This document shows, one piece after another, positions 17,340 to 26,507 of a stretch of DNA of 64,000 nt. Location: assembly GCA_965204735.1 (NCBI GenBank), contig OZ242008.1, positions 1,120,001 to 1,184,000 on the forward strand. Reading direction: 5' to 3'. The notes under the pieces were generated by a model, which was given only the letters and a program-made list of their open reading frames with translations, searched no databases and had not been told where the DNA came from. The stretch is from Longimicrobiales bacterium (GTDB lineage Bacteria; Gemmatimonadota; Gemmatimonadetes; Longimicrobiales; Gaopeijiaceae). A program made the position numbers and the translations under genes. How positions within the stretch are numbered: the stretch's first letter is position 1; every line of letters starts with the position of its first letter.

Positions 17340-18563
17340 TCACACGGCCCGAAGCAGCTCCTCGCCCAGCTCCCGGGCCTGCCAGCGCCGCACCTCGTCC
17401 AAGCCCTCCAGCTCCCTCAGGCTCCGGGGCTTCGCCGCCGCCACTCGCCGCAGCACGCCGTTCGCCATCAGGCGACCTCGGTCCAGCCCCAGCCGCTCGG
17501 CGGCCCGATCCCGCGCGGCCTTCAGCCGTTCGAACGCGGCCTCCTCCTCCGGCGGCGGCCTTCCTCTCCCCCGCGTCGCCGCCGCCGGGTACGGCTTCAG
17601 CTGCTGCTCCGGCGTCCGCTCCACCTGTGCCAGCGCCTCCACCAGCGAACGGCCCCGGGTGCGCGCCATCCCCTTCGGAAAGCCCTTGGTCGCGGCGAGC
17701 GCGGCCGCCGAGAGCGGGCGCTCCGTCGCCACCGCCATCAACGTCGCGTCGGAAGCCACCCGGAACGGCGCCCGGTCGATCGCGCGCGCCACCCGGTCCC
17801 GCCACTCCAGCGCCCGCCGAAGCGCGGTCGCCGAGCGCGGATCCAGCCTTCGCGCTCCCTTGACCCGGACCACCGGGTCCTCTTCCGGACCGAGGCCCGG
17901 GCCAGCGCCCCCTCCCACCGGGCCGGCCGTGGCCCTCGATTCGCGGCACGCGCCCGAGGTCCCGGATCCAGCGCCCGCCGCCTCTTCCGTCCGCACCGCG
18001 TCCAGCATTCGTCGGCACTCCTCGACCGCCCAAGCCGTTCGCCCCAGCCGCCGAAGGGCGTCCTCCAGCTCGGCCGCCAGTCGGTGCAGGTGGCGGGTGT
18101 CGCCCGCGGCGTACTCGATCATCTCGGGCGGCAGCGGCCGCCTCGCCCAGTCGGCTCGCTGGTGCTTCTTCGAGACGTGCACGCCCAAGTGCCGCTTCAG
18201 CAGCGCCTGAAGCCCCACCGCCGGCTCCCCGGCCAGCGCGGCCGCCACCTGGGTGTCGAAGAGGTTGGCCACGCCCACGCCCACGTCGCGCATCAGCAGC
18301 CGCAGGTCGTAGGACGCGCCGTGCATGATCACCCGCCGCCCGGCGTCTTCCAGAACGGGCTTGAGCGCCGCTCCGAGCTCGACCGCCAGCGGGTCCAGGA
18401 CGAAGGTGTCGCGGCGAGTCGATATCTGCACCAGGCAAATCCGGTCCGAGTACCGGTGGAACCCGGCGGCCTCGCAGTCCACGGCCACGTCGCCGCCGCC
18501 GCTCAGCGAACGCGCCGCGGCCTCGACTCCGGCTGGCGTGCGGACGTGGACGGCAGAGGACAT
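17340..18563 (-). CDS. rnd: Ribonuclease D (DEDDy exonuclease plus HRDC domains)
   Basis: AVDCEA, CLVQIS, HGASYDL, FDTQVAA, DWARRPLPPEMIEYAAGD, then two HRDC-like segments. Confidence 0.88.
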   Translation of the reverse strand: MSSAVHVRTPAGVEAAARSLSGGGDVAVDCEAAGFHRYSDRICLVQISTRRDTFVLDPLAVELGAALKPVLEDAGRRVIMHGASYDLRLLMRDVGVGVANLFDTQVAAALAGEPAVGLQALLKRHLGVHVSKKHQRADWARRPLPPEMIEYAAGDTRHLHRLAAELEDALRRLGRTAWAVEECRRMLDAVRTEEAAGAGSGTSGACRESRATAGPVGGGAGPGLGPEEDPVVRVKGARRLDPRSATALRRALEWRDRVARAIDRAPFRVASDATLMAVATERPLSAAALAATKGFPKGMARTRGRSLVEALAQVERTPEQQLKPYPAAATRGRGRPPPEEEAAFERLKAARDRAAERLGLDRGRLMANGVLRRVAAAKPRSLRELEGLDEVRRWQARELGEELLRAV

Positions 18564-18763
18564 GAGGGCGGTGCGGCTCGGCTTTCCGTTTCGGCGGCTG
18601 CGACTGCGTGTCTCGTGCCCCGAAGGTAGCTTGAATCTCGTCCGGACCCACGTCCACCACCTCCAAGGGAAGCGCCCATGACCGGATCATCGGCCCCCGG
18701 TCGGCTGCCGCCCGCCAAGGGGCGCCCGGCCGCGATCGGCTCCCGTCCGCCGAACGGCGCCCC

Positions 18764-20182
18764 ATGATCAAGACGAAGGTCGTCGCCACCGTCGGACCTG
18801 CCAGCGCCAACCCCCAGGTCATGACCGGGCTGGTCCGCGCGGGGGTCAACGTCGCCCGGATCAACATGTCCCACGGGACCCACGAGACCCACGCCCGCAG
18901 CATCCGGCTGGTCCGGGAGGCCGCCAAGGCCGTCGGCCGCCCCGTGGCGGTCATGACCGACCTGCAGGGCCCGAAGATCCGCATCGGCGACCTGGACGAG
19001 CCCGTCCTGCTCCGCGACGGCCACAGCGTCGCCTTCGCGCCCGAGGGCAGCCACTGGTCCGGCGACCTGCCCACGGCCTACGCCGCCTTGGCCCGCGACG
19101 TGACGCCGGGCACTCGGATGCTGCTGGACGACGGCCTGATCGAACTCGTGTGCACGTGGACCGACGGCGAGCGCGCCGAGTTCGAGGTCGCCCGGGGCGG
19201 GCTCCTCCACTCGCGCAAGGGAATCAACCTTCCGGGAGTGGAAGTGGACACGCCCTCGATCACCGAGAAGGACCTTCGCGACTTGGAGTTCGCGCTGGCC
19301 ATGGACGCCGACTACGTGGGACTCTCGTTCGTGCGGAAGATGAGCGACGTGGAGGAGCTGCAGGGCATCCTGAAGGGCCGGGCGTGGCTGGTCGCCAAGA
19401 TCGAGAAGGCCCAGGCGATGGACCAGCTGGACGGGATCTTGGCCAAGTGCGACGCGGTGATGGTGGCTCGGGGCGACTTGGGCGTCGAGCTCCCCTTCGC
19501 CGCGGTGCCCTTGGCCCAGAAGCGGATCATCCAAGCCGCCAACGGCTGGGGCCGGCCCGTCGTCACGGCCACTCAGATGCTGGAGTCCATGACCGCGTAC
19601 CCCAGGCCCACGCGCGCCGAGGCCTCCGATGTGGCCAACGCCATCCTGGACGGCACCGACGCCGTCATGCTCTCCGGCGAGACGGCCGTCGGGAAGTACC
19701 CGGTGCGCACGGTCGAGGTCATGGTCCGGGTCGCCGAAGAAGTCGAGGAGAGCGGCGCCCTTGCCGAAGGACCCCACTACCTGCACCACGCCGGACCCGT
19801 GCAGCGCCGGGGCTCCTCGCAGACGGAGCACGCCGTGGCCGGATCCACGGTCCGCTCCGCCCGGGACCTGAAGGCGCCGGGGATCATCGTCCTGACCCGC
19901 AGCGGCTTCTCCGCCCGCCTCGTGTCGTCGTACCGTCCGCCAGTTCCCATCTTCACGGTGTGCACCGAAGCCAAGGTCCACCGCCAGCTGGGCGGCGTGT
20001 GGGGCGTGCGGCCCGTCTTGGCCACGGGCGCCGAGATCAGCTACGAGAGCCTGACCGAGCTGGGCAAGCAGGTGGTTCTCGACGCGGGAGGGGCGAAGCC
20101 GGGAGACCCGGTGGTCGTGACCTCGGGGCTGCCCTTCCACAGCCCCGGCTCGACCAACACCATGAGGATCGAGCAGCTCTGA
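18764..20182 (+). CDS. pyk: Pyruvate kinase
   Basis: KTKVVATVGPAS, RINMSHG, DLQGPKIR, MVARGDLGVE, ATQMLESM, DAVMLSGETA. Confidence 0.97.
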   Translation: MIKTKVVATVGPASANPQVMTGLVRAGVNVARINMSHGTHETHARSIRLVREAAKAVGRPVAVMTDLQGPKIRIGDLDEPVLLRDGHSVAFAPEGSHWSGDLPTAYAALARDVTPGTRMLLDDGLIELVCTWTDGERAEFEVARGGLLHSRKGINLPGVEVDTPSITEKDLRDLEFALAMDADYVGLSFVRKMSDVEELQGILKGRAWLVAKIEKAQAMDQLDGILAKCDAVMVARGDLGVELPFAAVPLAQKRIIQAANGWGRPVVTATQMLESMTAYPRPTRAEASDVANAILDGTDAVMLSGETAVGKYPVRTVEVMVRVAEEVEESGALAEGPHYLHHAGPVQRRGSSQTEHAVAGSTVRSARDLKAPGIIVLTRSGFSARLVSSYRPPVPIFTVCTEAKVHRQLGGVWGVRPVLATGAEISYESLTELGKQVVLDAGGAKPGDPVVVTSGLPFHSPGSTNTMRIEQL

Positions 20183-20183
20183 C

Positions 20184-20963
20184 TTGCGACTCACCTTCCT
20201 TGGGACAGGAACGTCCTTCGGCGTTCCGGTGATCGGCTGCCGGTGCCGCACCTGCTCGTCGTCGGACCCCCGGGACCGGCGCACCCGTCACGGCGCCCTT
20301 CTGGGCCTCCCAGGGGGCAACCTGCTGGTGGACACCCCTCCCGAGCTGCGGCTCCAGCTCCTGTCGTGCGGGATCGACCGGGTCGATTCGGTGTGGTACA
20401 CCCACCTTCACGCCGACCACGTCCACGGCATCGACGACGTCCGGGTCTTCTCCTCGCGGGGCCGAGGACCGGTCCCCGCGTACGTCCCCGAGGAGCTGAA
20501 GGAGACGATGACGACCCGCTTCTCCTACATCTTCGACAAGGACGCCCGCGTCTCCATCGGTTCGTCCAAGCCTCGCCTGGCCTTGGGAACCTATGCTCCG
20601 GGGGAGTCCGCCGAGGTGCTGGGCGCCTTGCTGACGCCTTTTCGGGTCCCCCACGGCGCAGCCGTCGCCTACGGCTTCCGCGTCGGACCCCTGGGGTACG
20701 TCACCGACGCCAAGCGGTTGCCGCCGGAGGCCCTGGGCATCCTCGAAGGCGTCTCGTCGCTCGTCCTCAACGCGCTGTGGTGGGGCAGTCCCCACTCGGC
20801 CCACTTCAACGTCGAGGAAGCGGTGGAGGCCGCTCGCCGAGTCGGCGCCGAGCGCACCTTCCTGACCCACATGACCCACCGCCTGCGCTACCGCGAGCTC
20901 TCGGCCGCCCTCCCCGACGGAATCGAGCCCGCCTACGACGGCCTGGTGGTCGACCTTGGATGA
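20184..20963 (+). CDS. MBL-fold metallo-hydrolase (PhnP/YycJ-like)
   Basis: FLGTGTSFGVP, CRCRTC, THLHADHVHGIDD, THMTH, AYDG. Confidence 0.9.
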   Translation: MRLTFLGTGTSFGVPVIGCRCRTCSSSDPRDRRTRHGALLGLPGGNLLVDTPPELRLQLLSCGIDRVDSVWYTHLHADHVHGIDDVRVFSSRGRGPVPAYVPEELKETMTTRFSYIFDKDARVSIGSSKPRLALGTYAPGESAEVLGALLTPFRVPHGAAVAYGFRVGPLGYVTDAKRLPPEALGILEGVSSLVLNALWWGSPHSAHFNVEEAVEAARRVGAERTFLTHMTHRLRYRELSAALPDGIEPAYDGLVVDLG

Positions 20964-22416
20964 CGCCGTGACTCCCGAAGGCCCCCGGGCTGCCCGAAGC
21001 CCCGTCCTCGACTTCGGCAACATGCTGGCGGGCGTCGTCCCGACCGGGGGCTTCGCGCCGGAGCGCCTCCAGCCCGGCGGAGACCTGGCCCTGCGCTTTC
21101 GCCGCGCCTTCGACGAGACCGAAGCCCGTCGCGCCGCCGGCGAGATGGGGTTCTTCGCCCTTGCCGGCGCCCAGTCCGACGACCGAGCCCGCGCCCGTGA
21201 GCTGGCCGACCGCAGCCGCGAAGCCGCCGCCTCGCTCCGCCCGTGGTGCGACTCCGTCGTCGTCGTCGGGATCGGCGGCTCGGCCCTGGGCGCGACCGCC
21301 CTCCGCGACGCCCTCGTGGCGCCGACTCGGCCCGGCGCCCGCGTCGCCGACGGCCGCCGCAAGGACTTCCCCCGCCTCCACGTGCTGGACAACCTGGACC
21401 CGGAGACGCTCGCCGCCGTCCTGGACCAGGTGGAGCTGGAGCGCACCCTCTTCAACGTGGTCAGCAAGTCGGGCGACACCGTCGAGACCACGGCCGCCTT
21501 CCTCGTGACTTGGCAGCGCCTGCGCAACGCCTTCGGCCCGGAGGGCGCTCGGCGTCGCGTCCTCGTCACCACCGGGAGCGCCGGCCCCCTCCGGGAGCTG
21601 GCCGCCGAACTGGAGCTGCCCTCGCTCCCGGCGCCCGACGACGTGGGCGGCCGGTTCTCGGTCCTTTCCCCCGTGGGCATCTTCCCCGCCGCCGCCGCCG
21701 GCATCGACGTGGAAGGAGTGCTCGACGGCGCCGCCGAGATGGTCCGGCGCTGCGCTTCGCCGGAGCCGACCCGCAACCCGGCGGGAGCGCTGGCGACCCT
21801 CTGCCACGCCGCCGACGCCGAGGCCGGCGCCCGCATCCACGTGCTCATGCCCTACGCGGACCGGTTGAACTCCCTGGCCCTCTGGTTCCAGCAGCTGTGG
21901 GCCGAGTCGCTGGGGAAGGCGGCGAACCGCCGCGGCGAGCGGGTGGAGACGGGCCCTACCCTCCTCCCCGCGCTGGGCCCTCGGGACCAGCACGCCCAGC
22001 TCCAGCTCTTCATGGAGGGACCCCGGGACAAGGTGGTGATCTTCCTGGCCAGCCGCGCCCCCGAGCGCGACCTCGCCGTCCCGCGCCTCTTTCCGGCCAA
22101 GCCGGCGCTGGCCTACCTGGGCGGCGGCACCCTCTTCGGCGTCCTCGACGCCGAGCGCCGCGCCACCGCCGAAGCGCTGCGCCGCGAGGGCCGCCCCAAC
22201 ATGACGATCTCGGTGGACCGGATCGACGCCCGCTCCGTGGGCGGCCTGATCATGCTCCTCCAGATCGCCACGGTCTACGCCGGCGCCCTCTACGACGTGA
22301 ACCCCCTCGACCAGCCCGGAGTCGAGCTCGGCAAGGCCCTCGCGGCCGGGCTCCTGGGACGGCCCGGCTTCCGCTCCCCCGACCTTCCCGCCCCCGACCC
22401 CCGTTGGCAGGCGTGA
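20956..22416 (+). CDS. pgi: Glucose-6-phosphate isomerase
   Basis: GIGGSALG, SKSGDTVET, VGGRFSVLS, QLWAESLGK, DQPGVELGK. Confidence 0.93.
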   Translation: MDDAVTPEGPRAARSPVLDFGNMLAGVVPTGGFAPERLQPGGDLALRFRRAFDETEARRAAGEMGFFALAGAQSDDRARARELADRSREAAASLRPWCDSVVVVGIGGSALGATALRDALVAPTRPGARVADGRRKDFPRLHVLDNLDPETLAAVLDQVELERTLFNVVSKSGDTVETTAAFLVTWQRLRNAFGPEGARRRVLVTTGSAGPLRELAAELELPSLPAPDDVGGRFSVLSPVGIFPAAAAGIDVEGVLDGAAEMVRRCASPEPTRNPAGALATLCHAADAEAGARIHVLMPYADRLNSLALWFQQLWAESLGKAANRRGERVETGPTLLPALGPRDQHAQLQLFMEGPRDKVVIFLASRAPERDLAVPRLFPAKPALAYLGGGTLFGVLDAERRATAEALRREGRPNMTISVDRIDARSVGGLIMLLQIATVYAGALYDVNPLDQPGVELGKALAAGLLGRPGFRSPDLPAPDPRWQA

Positions 22417-22498
22417 AGGCCCGGCCTTACCTTCCCGCCCCATGGACGCTCGACCGCCGGGCGTCCGTCTTCCTGCCCAGCAACTGCGGAGAGCGGCG

Positions 22499-22909
22499 AT
22501 GAGCGCGCCCGACGAACAACGCACGGTGATCATCGAGAAGGAACGGGGCTCCGAGATCGGCGCCTTCGTCGTCGGCGCCCTCGTCGGCGCGGGCTTGGCT
22601 CTCCTCCTTGCGCCCGGCTCCGGCACGGAAACCCAGCAGAGGCTCCGCGAGCACGCCAAGCGGCTTCGCGACGTGACGGAGGACCGGGTGCGGGGTCTGC
22701 GCGACGACTTCGGGTCCCACGTGGAGTCCGCGAAGGGCGTGGTGGAGCAGGGCAAGCAGATCGCGTCCGGCGCCCGGGCGGAGCTGGAGGAGAAGCTGGA
22801 GCGCTCGAAGGCCGCCTACCGAGCGGGAGTGGACGCCGCTCGCGAGGCGGCGCGACCTCAGCCGCGTTCCGCCGAAGACGCCGTCCTGGACGAAGAGGCG
22901 ACGTCGTAG
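22499..22909 (+). CDS. YtxH domain protein
   Basis: FVVGALVGAGLALLLAPGSGTETQQRL signature. Confidence 0.8.
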   Translation: MSAPDEQRTVIIEKERGSEIGAFVVGALVGAGLALLLAPGSGTETQQRLREHAKRLRDVTEDRVRGLRDDFGSHVESAKGVVEQGKQIASGARAELEEKLERSKAAYRAGVDAAREAARPQPRSAEDAVLDEEATS

Positions 22910-22988
22910 CAGAACCCCGGCCTGGAGAACGCCCGACGTTCCCCGGCGCGCGCAACGGGACAAGACCCGGACGGATCGGAGGAGTTCG

Positions 22989-23696
22989 GTGCAGATATAC
23001 CTCGACACGGCGAACTTGGACGAGATCCGCGAGGCCGCCCGCTGGGGCGTGCTGAGCGGCGTCACGACCAACCCGACGCTCATGGCCCGCGAGACGGGCG
23101 CGGAGTTCGAGGCGACGATTCGCGAGATCGCCGACCTGGTGGACGGGCCGATCAGCGCCGAGACGGTGTCCGAAGACGCCGACGGGATGGTGGCCGAAGG
23201 GATGGAGTACGCCGCCTGGCATCCGAACGTGATCGTCAAGGCGCCGGCCACCACCGCCGGGCTCGAGGCCGTGTCCCGCCTGGGCGCGAAGGGGATCCGC
23301 TGCAACGTCACCCTGGTCTTCAACACGGCCCAGGCGCTGATGGCCGCCCTTGCCGGAGCGTTCGTCGTGTCGCCCTTCGTCGGTCGCCTGGACGACATCT
23401 CCCAAGACGGCATGGAGCTGATCCGCGAGACCGCCGCCGTCTTCGAGCAGAACCCCGGGATCGAGACCCGCATCCTCGCCGCCTCCATCCGCCACCCGCG
23501 CCACGTGATCGATTCGGCCCTGGCGGGCGCCCACATCGCCACGTGTCCCTTCAAGGTCCTGAAGCAGTGCATGGCGCACCCCCTGACCGAGAAGGGCATG
23601 GCCGCCTTCCTTGCCGACTGGAGAGCCCGCGAAGCCGCCATGGACCGGGCCGCCCCCCAAGCCGCAGCCGCGACCCATGCCGCTCCGGCCGACTGA
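22989..23696 (+). CDS. tal: Transaldolase / fructose-6-phosphate aldolase family (short type)
   Basis: YLDTAN, GVTTNPTL, NVTLVF, SPFVGRLDD, LAASIRHP, HPLT. Confidence 0.88.
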   Translation: MQIYLDTANLDEIREAARWGVLSGVTTNPTLMARETGAEFEATIREIADLVDGPISAETVSEDADGMVAEGMEYAAWHPNVIVKAPATTAGLEAVSRLGAKGIRCNVTLVFNTAQALMAALAGAFVVSPFVGRLDDISQDGMELIRETAAVFEQNPGIETRILAASIRHPRHVIDSALAGAHIATCPFKVLKQCMAHPLTEKGMAAFLADWRAREAAMDRAAPQAAAATHAAPAD

Positions 23697-24381
23697 CGCG
23701 TTCCGAGCCCGTCGCAGCCGTCGTCTCTGCGCCGCGGCGCCGGCGGCGCTCCTCGCCGTCTCGACGGTCGTCGCGCCCGCCGCTCCTTCGGCGCTGTCCG
23801 CCCAATCGCCGTCGCCCGTCGCCGTCCGGTCCGCGTCCGCCCTCCACGGCCGGGAGCTGGCCGAGTTCGTCGGCGAGCCCCTCGGCGCGACGGGAGTCGT
23901 CCTCGGCGAGCCCCTCGTCGAAGTCGACGTGCCCTACGTGCTGGTCCACTTGGCCACCAACCGGGTCCACCTGATCGACGGCGTCGAGTCCCTCTGGTCC
24001 GCCCCCGCCGCCACCGGCAACGGCTTCCGGCTGGCCGGCGCCGGCAAGCGCTGGACGTTCACGACCCCCAAGGGCCTCTTCCGCGTCCGACGCAAGGAGA
24101 AGGACCCGGTGTGGATCGCTCCCGACTGGCACTTCGTCGAGAGGGGCCTCCCCGTCCCGGCGGAGAACCATCGCTCGCGGCGGATCCCGGGCGCGATGGG
24201 GAACACGGCGATCTACCTGGGAGACGGGCTCGCCATCCACGGCACCAGCGCCCCGGAACTGGTCCTGAGCCCCGACCCCGAGCGCCGACGGGTGTCCCAC
24301 GGCTGCGTGCGCCTTACCAACGAGTCCGCCCGGGAGCTCTTTCACTTGGTGGACGTGGGCACGCCGGTTCTGATTTATTGA
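23677..24381 (+). CDS. L,D-transpeptidase (YkuD family), exported
   Basis: Signal-like N-terminus; TPKG, DPVWIAP, IHGT...SHGCVRL catalytic motif. Confidence 0.9.
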   Translation: MPLRPTDAFRARRSRRLCAAAPAALLAVSTVVAPAAPSALSAQSPSPVAVRSASALHGRELAEFVGEPLGATGVVLGEPLVEVDVPYVLVHLATNRVHLIDGVESLWSAPAATGNGFRLAGAGKRWTFTTPKGLFRVRRKEKDPVWIAPDWHFVERGLPVPAENHRSRRIPGAMGNTAIYLGDGLAIHGTSAPELVLSPDPERRRVSHGCVRLTNESARELFHLVDVGTPVLIY

Positions 24382-24851
24382 CCGCGCCCCCATCGCAGGA
24401 CGGCCGCAAGGTCGTCGCCCGCAACCGCAAGGCCCGCCACGAGTACGAGGTCCTGGACACCTGGGAAGCCGGCTTGGTGCTGAAGGGCACTGAGGTCAAG
24501 TCGATCCGCGCCGGCGCGGTGGCGTTCCGCGACGCCCACGCCCGGGCCGACTCCGGCGAGCTCTGGCTTCACAACCTTCACGTCGCGCCCTACGAGTTCG
24601 GCAACCGCTGGAACCACGACGAGACGCGTCCCCGCAAGCTTCTCCTCCGCAAGGACCAGATCCGACGCGTCGCCGCCAAGACGGAGGAAAAGGGACTCGC
24701 CCTGGTGCCCCTGGACCTGTACTTCCGCCGGGGAAAGGCCCGGGTCACCCTGGGGCTCTGCCGGGGCCGAAAGCACAGGGACCGAAGGGAGGAGCTGAAG
24801 CGCCGGGCGGCGGAGCGCGATGCCCGGCGGGCGATGAAGGAAGCCCGGTGA
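24378..24851 (+). CDS. smpB: SsrA-binding protein
   Basis: NRKARHEY, EAGLVLKGTEVKSIR, RKLLL, basic C-terminal tail; TTG start overlaps the upstream stop. Confidence 0.95.
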   Translation: MTAPPSQDGRKVVARNRKARHEYEVLDTWEAGLVLKGTEVKSIRAGAVAFRDAHARADSGELWLHNLHVAPYEFGNRWNHDETRPRKLLLRKDQIRRVAAKTEEKGLALVPLDLYFRRGKARVTLGLCRGRKHRDRREELKRRAAERDARRAMKEAR

Positions 24852-25750
24852 GCGAACTCGCTCTCTTCGGCGCCCGCTTCGCCAACCCGGTCCTGCTGGC
24901 CGCCGGGACCGCGGGCTTCGGCGAGCCCTTGGTGGCGGTCATGTCGCCGGCCGAAGTCGGCGGCCTCGTCACCAAGTCGATCACCTTGGAGCCCCGCTGG
25001 GGGCATCCGGCGCCCCGGGTCGCCGAGTTTCCGGGCGGAATGCTCAATTCGGTGGGCTTGGCCAACCCCGGACTGGACGCCGTGAGACGGGAGAAGCTCC
25101 CCTGGATGACCCGCCGCCTGGGGGAGCTGCAGCTCTTCCTCTCGGTGGCGGGTCGGACGCCCGCCGAGTACGCGGCCGTCGTGTCGGGGCTGGAGGAGGA
25201 TGGAGGCTTCCTGGGGTTCGAGCTGAACCTCTCGTGCCCCAACGACGCTCGTCGCGGCGGTCGTCCGTTCTGCCTGGACGCCGGAGCTCTCCGCGAAGTG
25301 CTCGACCAGGTGCGCCCCCTCACCGAACGCCCCCTCCTGGCGAAGCTGGCCCCCAACGACCCGGCCGTCGCCGACACCGCCGTCCTCGCGGTGCGCCACG
25401 GCGCCGACGGCATCACCGCAGTCAACACGATCCCCGGTCTCCTCCCCGCCCGGCAGGGCGGCCGCGCCCTCGGCGCGGGAACGGGCGGCACGAGCGGTCC
25501 CGCCATCCTGCCCGTGGGGCTGGCCGTCGTCCAGGAGATCGCCGCCGCCGTGGACGTGCCCGTCGCCGGCGCAGGGGGGATCGTCTCCGCCTCCGACGCC
25601 CGCGCCTACCTCGGCGCCGGCGCCTCTCTCGTCCAGGTCGGAACCGGCTCCTTCGCCGACCCCCGCTGCGCGTCCAGGGTGGCTCGGGGACTGGCCCGCC
25701 GGCCCGCCGAGGCCCAGGGACCGGCCCGCCCACACGGGGACGGATCGTGA
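24848..25750 (+). CDS. pyrD: Dihydroorotate dehydrogenase, family 1 catalytic subunit
   Basis: NPVLLAAGT, TKSIT, NSVGLANPG, ELNLSCPN, KLAPN, GAGGI, VQVGT. Confidence 0.9.
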   Translation: MSELALFGARFANPVLLAAGTAGFGEPLVAVMSPAEVGGLVTKSITLEPRWGHPAPRVAEFPGGMLNSVGLANPGLDAVRREKLPWMTRRLGELQLFLSVAGRTPAEYAAVVSGLEEDGGFLGFELNLSCPNDARRGGRPFCLDAGALREVLDQVRPLTERPLLAKLAPNDPAVADTAVLAVRHGADGITAVNTIPGLLPARQGGRALGAGTGGTSGPAILPVGLAVVQEIAAAVDVPVAGAGGIVSASDARAYLGAGASLVQVGTGSFADPRCASRVARGLARRPAEAQGPARPHGDGS

Positions 25751-26475
25751 CGGGCCGGGTCGTCGTCGCCCTCGACGTCCCGTCCAGCGAGCAGGCCCTG
25801 GCGCTGACGGACCGCATCGGTCCCCAGTGCACCTTCTACAAGGTGGGACTGGAGCTCTTCGCGGCGGCAGGTCCCTCGGTGGTCCGCGCGCTCCGGGACC
25901 GGGGAAAGGACGTGTTCCTCGACCTGAAGCTCCACGACATCCCAAGCACCGTCGCCGGGGCGGTCGCCGCCGCCGCCCGGTCCGGAGCCCGCTTGATCAC
26001 CGTTCACGCCATGGGCGGAAGGCGGATGCTGGCCGCGGCGGCGGAGGCGGCCCCGCCCTCGACGACCCTGCTGGGCGTGACCGTCCTGACGTCCCTGGAC
26101 GCCCCCGCCTTCGGCCAAGTCCTGGGCCGGCCCGTGCGGCGCATGGAAGACCACGTGCGCCGACTGGCGGTCCTGGCGCGGGACGCGCAGCTGGGCGGCG
26201 TGGTCTGCTCCGCCGCCGAGGCGGGCCTGGTCAGGAAGGTTCTGGGGCCCGGCCCCGAGATCGTGACGCCCGGCATCCGCTTCGCAGGGGACGCCGCCCA
26301 CGACCAGCGCCGCACCCGGACGCCCGAGGAGGCGTTGCGCGGCGGCGCCACCCGGATCGTGGTGGGCCGGCCCGTCGCCGCCGCCCCCGATCCGGCCGCC
26401 GCCTTCGCCCGCGTCGCTGCCGACGTCCGCCGAGCCGACCGCCCGCACCCCGCCTCTTCCGCCCACCCGGGTTGA
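25747..26475 (+). CDS. pyrF: Orotidine-5'-phosphate decarboxylase
   Basis: VALD, KVGLEL, FLDLKLHDIPSTV, VTVLTS, VTPGIR, VVGR. Confidence 0.95.
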   Translation: MTGRVVVALDVPSSEQALALTDRIGPQCTFYKVGLELFAAAGPSVVRALRDRGKDVFLDLKLHDIPSTVAGAVAAAARSGARLITVHAMGGRRMLAAAAEAAPPSTTLLGVTVLTSLDAPAFGQVLGRPVRRMEDHVRRLAVLARDAQLGGVVCSAAEAGLVRKVLGPGPEIVTPGIRFAGDAAHDQRRTRTPEEALRGGATRIVVGRPVAAAPDPAAAFARVAADVRRADRPHPASSAHPG

Positions 26476-26507
26476 CGCCGCCGTTCGGAAGCTGGGACCA
26501 TTCTTCC

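Noticed and set aside
24378..24851. tmRNA gene near smpB
   Set aside because: smpB overlaps coding genes on both sides and I see no ssrA-like sequence in the window.
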